Source: Nitrososphaerota archaeon
GTDB lineage: Archaea; Thermoproteota; Nitrososphaeria; Nitrososphaerales; Nitrosopumilaceae
Direction: 5' to 3'
DNA length: 52,333 nucleotides
Assembly: GCA_016126025.1 (NCBI GenBank)
Contig: JAEFDA010000104.1
Span: forward strand, 1 to 52,333
Part shown: positions 17,822-26,844 of the stretch, in pieces
How positions within the stretch are numbered: position 1 is the stretch's first letter
Layout: the number at the start of each line of letters is the position of its first letter
The notes under the pieces: generated by a model
Database searches by the model: none
Told to the model about the DNA's origin: nothing
What the model saw: the letters and a program-made list of their open reading frames with translations, nothing else
Translations under genes and position numbers: made by a program

Positions 17822-18226
17822 GTTCCCGTGGGGATCGGGCACGGACATCTGCAATTAATTTGTGGTTTGCATAAAGTCGGGTTAACCGCAAAAATTGATT
17901 TTTGCCACCTGTCAATATCTGGGATCATAAATAATCTCACACTATAGAAAATATAAATGATCGAAATTTTAACACACACGGACACACAAGTCAGACACAA
18001 AAAGGTAAGATCGATTCTAAGGCAAAGGGCACGCACGAGTACGCCCGTGCCATGGCCGTTAACATGGTGCGCGTAAAGTTGCATGTGCCATTTACGGCAG
18101 ACGTGCCATACCACACGCAAGTCCGTGGCGGACAGGCCCGACGGTTAGCATTATGAACCACACGGTTTCAATTTTGCAAGAGTACCTCCAGCCCACCAAA
18201 TAAATCCGGCGCCCGCATAGTATTGT

Positions 18227-21200
18227 GTGATGGCACCTGTATGGTCCCTGCCGCGCCACCCGGCGGTCGCTCCGTTGGTGCTTGTGGTGATGGCCGCCGC
18301 TCTCCCGGCGGCCTATGCCGAGATACTGGTCTTGGACGAACTGCGGGCTGGGGACAGCCAGGTCTTGGACATGATGTCGGACGTAGCCTCGTTCGAGTCT
18401 GACGGACATGCCTACCTGTTGGCCGTCTCCATCTCCGGCACGGTCCAGATCATAAACGCGACAGATCTGCAAAACCCCGTCCAGGCGGGCGATGCCATGC
18501 GTATCGGGTCTGCCGACTCGTGGTTCTGGGATGTGGAGGTGTTCAGCCCGCCCGATGGCCGCATTTATGCGGTCGTTGCCGGTGATGGCGCCCGGATTCT
18601 GGACGTCACGGATCCGACCGGTCCGGCGCTGGTGGACGTCGTGCAGAACGGCGCTACTGTACTCGGCACTGCGCGGGATATCGAGATACTTGAGCGGCCC
18701 GACGGCCGCGTCCATGCGCTGGTGGTGGGCGGGAACGGCAGACTGCAGACCGTCGATGTCACAGATCCATCCCGCCCGGCTGGCTTGGGGAATCCGCTGG
18801 GCCTGGGCCTGACAACCCCGGACTCTGGGGGTGTCGTATTCTCCGGACTAGACGGCCGCACCTATGCCCTGTATCCCAGCCTTATGGCGGGGGTCTTGGT
18901 AGTGGACGTGACCGACCCCCTGCGCCCCGCGTTGGTCAGTGCCGTGAGATACGATGACGACCGTTCCCCATGGCCCGACGATCCCTTCGAAGCTTTCGGC
19001 ATAACCCTGCCCTCGTCGTCGGATGTCCTAATCTCCGATATGTACGCGGCGGGGCTGCGCCATCCCGGGTCGGTGGCCGTCTTCGGGTCGCCCGACGGCC
19101 GCACATATGCCATGGTGGCAAACAACGGCTTCACCAGTAATGTGAACGACTCTGACCCGCGCAGCACCCCCACCGGCATGCTATTTCTGGATGTGACCGA
19201 TCCGGAATCGCCCGTCCCGGTGGGCGCCGTCAGGAACGGCGAGGGCGGATTCAGCTTTGGGTCCCACATCAGGGAGATTACCATTCTGGACTCGCCCGGG
19301 GGGCGCGTCCATATGGTGGTTGCCGGCGGCCAGGACGCGGTAATTCTGGATGTCACCGACCCGGCCCGTCCGGTTCCGACGGGCCACATCCGGGACGGCG
19401 AGGGCGGATTTGACGCGGTCAACCTGGTCTTCGGCATGGCCGTCGTCGGGCCGCCGGGCGACCGCACCTATCTGGCGATGGTCGGCGACGAGGGCGTCCA
19501 AGTGGCGGACGTGACGGATCCGCTAGCTCCGACGGCGGCCGGCAGCATTCCGGACGGATCGACCGGCCTCGCCGACCTGGCGGTCTTTGAGCCCGGTGAC
19601 GGCCGCACCTACATTCTGGGCGTGGGCGGGGACGGCATTAGTGTGGTCGATGTCACCGACCGGCCGGTTCCGGCGGTCCGCATCCAGGACGGCGAGGGTG
19701 GCTTCGACACCCTGGATGAAGCCCGGCAGGTGGAGGTGTTCCATACTATCGGCGGCCTCACCTACGGGATAGCGGGCGGTGATGACGGCCTGCAGGTGGT
19801 CAATATCACCGACCCTGCTGAGATTGTGGCCGTCGGCAGCCTGCGGGACGGCGAGGGCGGCTTCGATGTGGGGTGGATCACCGGCATGGCGGCGTTCCAG
19901 CCGTCTGGTGGCCGCGACTATGTCCTCGTTGCGGAGCACAACAGTGGCATCCATGTGGTGGACGTCACAGACCCGGACGCCCCCGTTCTGGCGGGCGGCC
20001 TGCGGGACGGCATGGACGGCTTTGACCTGCTGGGAGGGGCGCACGACATAGCGGTCTTTGATGCATACGGCGGCCAGCCCTATGCCCTGATGACCGGGGA
20101 CTGGGGAATCCACACGATCGACATGTCCCGTCCCGGGGAGCCCAGGGTGGCCGGTACGCTGAAGGATGGTATGGAGGGGTACGCCCAGCTCGCCGCTCAT
20201 GACGCGGTGGTCTTTGAGGCGTCTGGCGGCCGCCCATATGCACTGGTTGCAGACTATGCGGTCGGCCTCCATGTCATAGATGTGGCCGATCCGCGCGCAC
20301 CGATCCGTGTGGGAAGCGTTCCGGCCGAAGCGGAGCTGGACATGCTTGTGCCGGGATCCGACATCTCCACGGTCGCCTCCCCGGACGGCCACACCTATGC
20401 CTTGGCGGCCAGCAAGGACAGCATCCGGGTGGTGGATGTCACAGATCCTCGGGCGCCCGCCCTGGTGGATGGCATAGACCTGACGCTGTCCCCCTGGTAC
20501 GTCACCGTGTTCGGGCGGGACGGCGGCCGCGCCCATGCGCTGGCCGGTGATGAGAACCACATGCTGGTACTGGATGTAACCTATCCGCACGCGCCCGTCC
20601 CGGTCGGCGCCGCAGGGGGTTTTGATGGGCGCGGCGGCGCCGTCTTTGCGCCGGAAGGGGGCCGCGTCCTTGCCTTGGTGGGCAGCGGCGACCACACCGT
20701 CCTGACGGTCGACCTGACGGATCCGCGGGCCCCGAAGGTTCTGGGGGCCATGCCGGCTGGGAATGACTGGCCCGGGGATGTGGTGGCGGCCGGCTCCCCG
20801 GACGGCCGCGCCTACGGGATGTGGATAGGCTCCTCGGGAGGGGTGCTGGCCGCAGACATCACCGAACCGCATGCGGCAACCTCCCCCGTCATATCGGAAG
20901 ATCTGGGCCTGGCTCCCGGCTCCGCAATGGAGCTGTTCAGGCCGCACGACGGCCGCACCTACATGATGGCGGGCAGCGGCGACACCATACGGATAATAGA
21001 TGTCACGTATCCGTCCGGCCCGGCGTATGTGGGCAGCATCCGGGACAACCTGGGCGGCTTTTACTATCTGGGTGATGTGCGCGACATATCCGTCGTCGCA
21101 CACAGCAACGGCCGCGTCCTCGCCTTGGCGGGCAGCGGGGACGGCGTGCAAGTGATCGATGTCACCGACCCGTACCATCCGGCCCCCGCCGGAGGCCTCC

Positions 21201-21637
21201 GGGCCGGCCACGGCGGCCTGGATCCGGACGGGACCCACCGGACCGCCGCGCTGCACTCCGACGGCCGCGTCCTCGCCTTGGTGGCCGGCGGAGACGGCCG
21301 CACAGTCATGCTGGATATCACCAGCCCGGGCACGCCCGCCTTGGCGGGCGCCATCCATACCGGCGGTGCCGGATCAGCCACGGTTGTCTCCATGTTTGAG
21401 GCATCCGACGGCCGCCCCTACGCCATGCTGGCCGGGGAGGGCGGCGTCCAAATAGTGGACGTTACGGACCCCGGATCTCCCGTACAGGCCGTCGCTCTGG
21501 AGGGGTTTGGAGTCTCGGATATCTCCATATTCGAGTCGTCCGACGGCCGCCCCTACGCCATGCTGGCCGGGGAGGGCGGCGTCCGGATAGTCTATCTGGA
21601 CGACCCGGTCCGGTACTACGCCGGTATCCCGCCATAG
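18227..21637 (+). CDS. Secreted LVIVD-repeat (beta-propeller type) protein, about 21 repeats
   Basis: 1136 aa with signal-like 'APLVLVVMAAALPAAYA'. A ~55-aa unit ending in '[VI][VIL]D[VI]TDP..P' recurs about 20-21 times (ILDVTDPTGP, TVDVTDPSRP, VVDVTDPLRP ... IVDVTDPGSP). Confidence 0.88.
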   Translation: MMAPVWSLPRHPAVAPLVLVVMAAALPAAYAEILVLDELRAGDSQVLDMMSDVASFESDGHAYLLAVSISGTVQIINATDLQNPVQAGDAMRIGSADSWFWDVEVFSPPDGRIYAVVAGDGARILDVTDPTGPALVDVVQNGATVLGTARDIEILERPDGRVHALVVGGNGRLQTVDVTDPSRPAGLGNPLGLGLTTPDSGGVVFSGLDGRTYALYPSLMAGVLVVDVTDPLRPALVSAVRYDDDRSPWPDDPFEAFGITLPSSSDVLISDMYAAGLRHPGSVAVFGSPDGRTYAMVANNGFTSNVNDSDPRSTPTGMLFLDVTDPESPVPVGAVRNGEGGFSFGSHIREITILDSPGGRVHMVVAGGQDAVILDVTDPARPVPTGHIRDGEGGFDAVNLVFGMAVVGPPGDRTYLAMVGDEGVQVADVTDPLAPTAAGSIPDGSTGLADLAVFEPGDGRTYILGVGGDGISVVDVTDRPVPAVRIQDGEGGFDTLDEARQVEVFHTIGGLTYGIAGGDDGLQVVNITDPAEIVAVGSLRDGEGGFDVGWITGMAAFQPSGGRDYVLVAEHNSGIHVVDVTDPDAPVLAGGLRDGMDGFDLLGGAHDIAVFDAYGGQPYALMTGDWGIHTIDMSRPGEPRVAGTLKDGMEGYAQLAAHDAVVFEASGGRPYALVADYAVGLHVIDVADPRAPIRVGSVPAEAELDMLVPGSDISTVASPDGHTYALAASKDSIRVVDVTDPRAPALVDGIDLTLSPWYVTVFGRDGGRAHALAGDENHMLVLDVTYPHAPVPVGAAGGFDGRGGAVFAPEGGRVLALVGSGDHTVLTVDLTDPRAPKVLGAMPAGNDWPGDVVAAGSPDGRAYGMWIGSSGGVLAADITEPHAATSPVISEDLGLAPGSAMELFRPHDGRTYMMAGSGDTIRIIDVTYPSGPAYVGSIRDNLGGFYYLGDVRDISVVAHSNGRVLALAGSGDGVQVIDVTDPYHPAPAGGLRAGHGGLDPDGTHRTAALHSDGRVLALVAGGDGRTVMLDITSPGTPALAGAIHTGGAGSATVVSMFEASDGRPYAMLAGEGGVQIVDVTDPGSPVQAVALEGFGVSDISIFESSDGRPYAMLAGEGGVRIVYLDDPVRYYAGIPP
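21404..21584 (+). repeat. 46-nt exact direct repeat inside the last two LVIVD units
   Basis: TCCGACGGCCGCCCCTACGCCATGCTGGCCGGGGAGGGCGGCGTCC occurs at both 21404-21449 and 21539-21584. Confidence 0.9.
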
Positions 21638-21753
21638 GCTGTATGGTGGTCCTCAAAAGTTCCCGGGCAGGCCCCGCGCCGAATCCCGACAGAACCATGG
21701 CATGCAACAGACAACTTGGAGGTTCCGGGCACCGGCGGCATCTGGCGCAGGAC

Positions 21754-22500
21754 CTATCGGAACCCACCAATGCCGCGACTCAGCAGGCCCGACGCCACCC
21801 CGGCGCCCGCCACCCCGACATCCTGTTTTGACATGAACGGGGAGAGCGCTCGCGCAAACTCCATCAGGTTCTTTGTCTGGTAGTAGACCGTTCCGGGCCC
21901 GGTTATCTCTATCACGAGCGCCTCGCCGCCGAACAGCGTGGTCTTCAGGCTCCCGTGCTTCCTGATGTCGTACCGGGCCGTGGCCGTCAGGGCCACCAGC
22001 TGGTAGTTGTCCAGTATCATACTCTCGCCCGCCCCCAGGTCCACCCTGCGGATCCCGCCCCAGCCTTCCACGAATATGTCGCCGGATCCGACCGTCTTCA
22101 GCATGAACAGGTTGCTTCCGAATATTCCCTTGGTGAAGCCCTGCCACTGCGTGTCCAGCGTCAGGTCGCCGACGGACGCCACGTACGAGCCCGACTGCAC
22201 AATGTACTCCTCGTCGGCGTGTATGACCTCTATGTCGCCCAGCACGTTTCCGGTGATGCCCAGCCTGCAGCCGTCTTCCTGTGCGGTAAACTCGTTCACG
22301 AAGAACGACTCCCCGGCCAGGACCGTCGACTTGAGGGCCTTGAACAGGCCGCCCTTCCTGGTCTTGGTGTCGGTGCTGATGTGTCCGCGCATGTACACCA
22401 TGGCTCCGGCCTCGGCGGTCACCGCCTCGCCCCAGTCCATGGCAAAGTCGATCATCCCGACAGGATTCTTTACGATCTCGTACTCCACGCCCTTGCACAT
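21754..22500 (-). CDS. AIM24 / DUF124 (TIGR00266) family protein
   Basis: 248 aa. 'AEAGAMVYM.....T.TK...GGLFKALKSTVLAGESFFVNEF..', '..LFMLK..G.G..F....G.I' and 'TTLFGGEALV..I.GPGTVYYQT' fit the family pattern. Confidence 0.85.
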   Translation of the reverse strand: MCKGVEYEIVKNPVGMIDFAMDWGEAVTAEAGAMVYMRGHISTDTKTRKGGLFKALKSTVLAGESFFVNEFTAQEDGCRLGITGNVLGDIEVIHADEEYIVQSGSYVASVGDLTLDTQWQGFTKGIFGSNLFMLKTVGSGDIFVEGWGGIRRVDLGAGESMILDNYQLVALTATARYDIRKHGSLKTTLFGGEALVIEITGPGTVYYQTKNLMEFARALSPFMSKQDVGVAGAGVASGLLSRGIGGFR

Positions 22501-22939
22501 ATCAGGTTGCTATAATTAGGATTTCGGCTCTGGGCAGGACCGCCTTGGTGGCCCAAAATCTCCGGGGCCGGTCGGGGCAAAAATCAATCGGATGGAACAA
22601 GGACCGGGTGGCAGTCCAACGCCCCGCGCCAAGTCGTTTCGGTGCCGTATGGTTCGTGCGCAACCGCCGCCACTACGGCCTCGGCAGGTTAGCGGCCGCG
22701 CCGGCTGCGGTCCTCGATCCCGGAGGACGGCAGACCATCGCAGGGCGGCTCCCAGAGTGCAGCCTGCCCGCGCCATGCTATTAGTTTGGGACAGGAGCGG
22801 TGGCCGTACAGTCAGGCAGGGCGGCCACCCATCCCGCCGCGCTTTGGAATGGTCAGCCGGCGGAACGCCCGCAGCAGCCAAGTACTGCCAGATCAGCCAC
22901 CCCCGGCGTCTGAAATGCGAATGACGATATAATTTCCGT

Positions 22940-23287
22940 CTATTTGGCTAGCCTCTCAGCAGTATCATATCCTATTAGAATCCACTTCATGGCACCGGCG
23001 GTTGTGGTCAGCTTTGGGTCGATCTCAATCCACCCCATCTTGGAACCATGAGAAAACGGTTTGATCGCCTTTGATTTTATTGCAATTTCCTGCTGGTCTT
23101 TGGGAATTCTGACGATGATCTGCCGGTTGTTCTTGTTGCTAAATCCAACAAAAAACTTTCTTTTTATTAAAAAACACTGATAACCGAACATGGGCCTAGT
23201 CGTTACCATATCCATGGACTCAACCTTTCTTTTGATCGGATCGTAGCTATTCAACCGTACCCTCTCTTGGTTTGTAAATGAAGCCAA
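22940..23287 (-). CDS. TfoX N-terminal-domain-like small protein
   Basis: 115-aa ORF in an AT-richer islet. 'RPMFGYQCFLIKRKFFVGF' resembles the TfoX_N 'MFGG.g.f..gkmFa' core. The family assignment is tentative. Confidence 0.55.
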   Translation of the reverse strand: MASFTNQERVRLNSYDPIKRKVESMDMVTTRPMFGYQCFLIKRKFFVGFSNKNNRQIIVRIPKDQQEIAIKSKAIKPFSHGSKMGWIEIDPKLTTTAGAMKWILIGYDTAERLAK

Positions 23288-23649
23288 GTATTATGAAAGT
23301 GTTACCTGGAATAGTCGGTGCCGCCGTACCCCGCTCTTGCCGCCGTACCACATACCTCCTGCCCCGCATGAGGTTCTGCAAAGTGCTCCCGCGCCGCCAC
23401 ATGCGGCACCGAGGCGGCGGCCATCCACCGGTATTCGACTCTGCAACCTGCCGGGGCCGTCCAGACCGGTGCCGCCACCCGCCGGACGGCCACACCCTTC
23501 TAGGAGACCGCGCCCTTCCCGCCCATGCCGTCTCCTTGCGGCGCATAGACCAGCATGTCTAAAGGCTGCGGTGGCCAGATCCACCCGGTTGGGCGGGTCC
23601 CCGTTCCGGGCCGCATGCGTTTTTTAAGGCGGAGCCGCTCACCGTCGCC

Positions 23650-26034
23650 GTGAACCCACTGGCATGCGCCATATCAGGAATGCTGCTGGCCGCCGCGCTG
23701 GCCGCGTCCCCGGCCCTGGCGGAGGACGCGCCGTCCCCCGGCGGCGGGGCAGACGCGGCGGCGCCCCATGCGGAGCCGGTCATGATCGGCGGCCTCTTCC
23801 CGCTCACCGGGATACTGGACGCCGCCGGCGCCGAGGGGAGGGCGGCCGTCGAGCTGGGCATCCGGGACTTTAACGCGTACCTGGCCGAGAGCGGGGCCGG
23901 CTGGTACCTGGAGATGGCCGTCGAGGACACGGCCACCGACCCCGACGTGGCCCTAGGGAAGATCCAAATACTGCACCAGGCCGGCATCACCGCCGTTCTG
24001 GGCCCCATGACCAGCGGCAACGTGGACAGCGTCAAGGGGTATGCAGACCAGAACGGGATGCTGGTACTGAGCCCCACCGCCTCTGCCGCCTCCCTGGCCA
24101 TACCGGGCGACAGCGTATACCGGCTGGTCCCTGACGACAGCGTGTCGGGAGCCGCCCTGTCCAAACTGGCCGAGCATGTGGGGGTGGAGGCCCTGGTCCC
24201 GATATGGAGGGGCGACACGTACGGGGACGGCCTGTGGAGGGTCGTCTCCGACGACTTTGAGTCCAGGGGCGGCGCCATCCACGCCGGAGTGCGGTACTGG
24301 CCGGACGCGCCGGACCTGGAGTCGGAGGTGGCGCTGCTGGACAAGCACGTGCGGGAGGCCACAGAACTGTACGGTCCCGGCAGGGTGGGCGTCCTGATGG
24401 TATCATACGACGAGTACGCGTCCATATCGGAGGCCGCCGCTGGCTATGACGCCCTGGGGGAGGTGGCGTGGTTCGCCTCCGAGTCGTCCACCCTTACGGA
24501 CGCGCTGGACAGGAACCGCGCGGCCGCCAAATTCGCCGAGAGAGTGGATCTCACCGGGGTGCAGACCATGTCTGTCCGGGGCGAAGAGTACGGGAGGCTC
24601 GCCGCCGAGCTGGCCGCCCAGCTGGGGAGGAACCCCAGCACCATATGGCCGCACGCGTACGACTCGGCGTGGGTACTGGGCCTGTCCATACTGCATGCCA
24701 ACAGCACCGACGCCGCCCACATACGGGAGGCCCTTCCCAGAGTGGCCGCCGGGTATAGCGGGGCCCTGCTCTCCACAAATCTCAACGAGGCGGGGGACCT
24801 TCTGCCCACCGACTACCGCATAGTGAGGGTTGTAGGCGGCAACTGGACGGCCATAGGAAACTACTCCACGGCCACCGGCGCCATCATACTGGATGTCCCG
24901 CCCCCCGAGATCCCGCCCGAGACGGCGGCGGCCATAAACGGCTTCGCCGCGGACTTTTACCGGGAGGCCTCCAACAACAACGACAACGTGTTCTTCTCCC
25001 CGGCCAGCATATACGTGGCCTTCGGCATGGTGAACGAGGGGGCGATGGGGGAGACGGCGCTCCAGCTGCGGGATACCTTCGGCTTTGGGGCGGACGCGGA
25101 GCTGCGCCACGGCCACACCGAACAGTTGATGTCGTCGCTGAACCAGCGGGACCCGTACGCCACCCTACATATGGCCAACGCCATGTGGCTGGCCGAGTGG
25201 TTCGAGCCGTACGAATCATACGCAGATATCATACGAGATATCTACCGCGCCGAGGTCGACAGCGTCGACCTTCCGGCCGTCGGGATGGATACTGTAAACG
25301 CCTGGGCCGCCGAGAAGACCGAGGGCAAGATAAAGAGAGTACTCGGCGAGCCGCTGCCCGATTTGACGGCATCCGTAATGACGAACGCCATATACTTCAA
25401 GGGTTCGTGGGCGGAGCGGTTCCCGGCGGGGGCCACCAGCCCGTCCGACTTCTGGACCGGCGAGCGGCAGGTGCAGGCCGACTTTATGCATATGACCGGA
25501 TGGTTCGACTATGCGTCGTCGCCGACCGAGCAGGTGCTCCGGATGCCCTACGAGGGGGACAGGCTCTCGATGCTGGTGGTTCTGCCGGCAGAGCGGGACG
25601 GCATGGGGATCCTGGAGGATACCATCACGCCGGACATGGTGGACCGGTGGACGGCGGACCTCCGCCCCGCCGAGGTCGCCGTCGAGATGCCCAAGTTCGA
25701 GATGGGCACCCACTACGACCTGGTACGGCCCCTGATGGAACTCGGGGTGGTGGACATCTTTGACGGGGCGGCGGCCGACCTCTCCGGGATGGCAGACCTC
25801 TCCGATACCGGCAACCTGTACGTAGGCGCCGCACTCCACGACGCGTACGTCCAGGTGAACGAGGAGGGGACCGAGGCGGCGGCCGTTACGACGATAATAG
25901 TGGGGATCACCAGCGAGTCGTACGAGCCCCCACCCGTGCCGTTCGTGGCGGATCATCCGTTCCTCTTCCTCATACTGGACGACCGCAGTGGTACGATACT
26001 GTTCATGGGGCGCGTCTCGGACCCGTCGCAGTAG
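23650..26034 (+). CDS. Fusion protein: type-I periplasmic binding protein (LivK/ANF-receptor-like) + serpin
   Basis: 794 aa with signal 'ISGMLLAAALAASPALA'. Residues ~45-415 ('VMIGGLFPLTGILDAAG...', 'AVLGPMTSGN') are PBP1-like. A 'PPPEIPPE' linker follows. Residues ~425-794 are a serpin ('VFFSPASIYVAFGM', 'NAIYFKGSWAERF', 'MPKFEM', hinge 'EEGTEAAAVT', 'ADHPFLFLI'). Confidence 0.85.
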   Translation: MNPLACAISGMLLAAALAASPALAEDAPSPGGGADAAAPHAEPVMIGGLFPLTGILDAAGAEGRAAVELGIRDFNAYLAESGAGWYLEMAVEDTATDPDVALGKIQILHQAGITAVLGPMTSGNVDSVKGYADQNGMLVLSPTASAASLAIPGDSVYRLVPDDSVSGAALSKLAEHVGVEALVPIWRGDTYGDGLWRVVSDDFESRGGAIHAGVRYWPDAPDLESEVALLDKHVREATELYGPGRVGVLMVSYDEYASISEAAAGYDALGEVAWFASESSTLTDALDRNRAAAKFAERVDLTGVQTMSVRGEEYGRLAAELAAQLGRNPSTIWPHAYDSAWVLGLSILHANSTDAAHIREALPRVAAGYSGALLSTNLNEAGDLLPTDYRIVRVVGGNWTAIGNYSTATGAIILDVPPPEIPPETAAAINGFAADFYREASNNNDNVFFSPASIYVAFGMVNEGAMGETALQLRDTFGFGADAELRHGHTEQLMSSLNQRDPYATLHMANAMWLAEWFEPYESYADIIRDIYRAEVDSVDLPAVGMDTVNAWAAEKTEGKIKRVLGEPLPDLTASVMTNAIYFKGSWAERFPAGATSPSDFWTGERQVQADFMHMTGWFDYASSPTEQVLRMPYEGDRLSMLVVLPAERDGMGILEDTITPDMVDRWTADLRPAEVAVEMPKFEMGTHYDLVRPLMELGVVDIFDGAAADLSGMADLSDTGNLYVGAALHDAYVQVNEEGTEAAAVTTIIVGITSESYEPPPVPFVADHPFLFLILDDRSGTILFMGRVSDPSQ

Positions 26035-26193
26035 CCGTGGGGTTGTGTACGCGTCGGGACATACGTGGCTGCCCCGGACGGCTCGATCCATCCTTACCGT
26101 ATCTGGCCGCGCAGCCGAAACCCTGACGTAAAAGACGGTTGCAGGTCGGCCGGTCGGGCGCGCGTCGGAGGGCGGCCCCGGTGTAGGCCGTAC

Positions 26194-26604
26194 TCAGCCG
26201 TCCGACTGCAGGATCCTCAGCATTTCGTCGACTGTAACCATCCGGATTCCCTTAAACTCTGCTAGGTCGAGCAGGTCGCGGTCTCCGGAGACGATGTAGT
26301 CGGCGCCCCCGTCATACGCAGCGTTGATGAACATGTCATCGGCCGGGTCTCTCACCACGCTGAATTTCGACTTTGTTTCAATGATGTCGGACAGTGACTC
26401 GAGCGCGGACACCACATTGTCGACTTCATTTTTGTCCAAGCGGAATTTCGGCCTGCATAGGACTTCCCTTATCTCGTTGATTATCTCATCTGATGTAACC
26501 AGGGCGCATTTGCCGCCGAGCACGGCCTTCAGCAAAAATCCGTAGGCCTTGCCGGCTCTGATGGCCGCGCTTACCACGCTGGTATCTACTACCACCCTGT
26601 ACAT
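26194..26604 (-). CDS. PIN-domain toxin (PIN_3 / TIGR00305-like)
   Basis: 136 aa. 'YRVVVDTSVVSAAI' carries the first Asp. 'RDPADDMFINAAYDGGADYIVSGDRDLLDL' is the typical C-terminal motif. The ATG directly abuts the upstream stop (TAAATG). Confidence 0.85.
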   Translation of the reverse strand: MYRVVVDTSVVSAAIRAGKAYGFLLKAVLGGKCALVTSDEIINEIREVLCRPKFRLDKNEVDNVVSALESLSDIIETKSKFSVVRDPADDMFINAAYDGGADYIVSGDRDLLDLAEFKGIRMVTVDEMLRILQSDG

Positions 26605-26844
26605 TTACCTGGCCGGCTCGTTTTCACGCTTCGCTCTCCTGTATTCCCTGATCTCCCCTGCTATCTCTTCGTCTGACATGCCCAAATTCTTGGCATGTAT
26701 GGTCCCGAACGCCTCTTCAACTTTGAGTCTTGCCTGTATATTTTTGATCACATCCTCGAGTTTGTCATCGGAGACAGAACGCACTATGATGATTCCGTCG
26801 CTGTAGGATGTGACTATGATGTCCGTTTTTTCCAGCAAACCCAT
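26605..26844 (-). CDS. AbrB/SpoVT-type antitoxin (N-terminus problematic)
   Basis: 79 aa from the first in-frame ATG. The same frame stays open to 26901 and encodes 'KTVIDEGGWVKIPSAIRAQ', the conserved AbrB strand, with no ATG/GTG/TTG. An ATG at 26909 is one nt out of frame across an A5 run. Confidence 0.65.
   Translation of the reverse strand: MGLLEKTDIIVTSYSDGIIIVRSVSDDKLEDVIKNIQARLKVEEAFGTIHAKNLGMSDEEIAGEIREYRRAKRENEPAR

Noticed and set aside
19523-21358. A 611-aa ORF antisense to the LVIVD gene. Similar long antisense or overlapping ORFs occur elsewhere (8727..10100 +, 10750..12441 +, 27489..29135 -, 40868..42550 +, 45741..47300 -, 45758..47497 -).
   Set aside because: Their translations are low-complexity Arg/Pro/Gly/His-rich text with no motifs. 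Each lies opposite or out of frame to a gene with strong family signatures. Long shadow ORFs are expected in GC-rich DNA with few stop codons.
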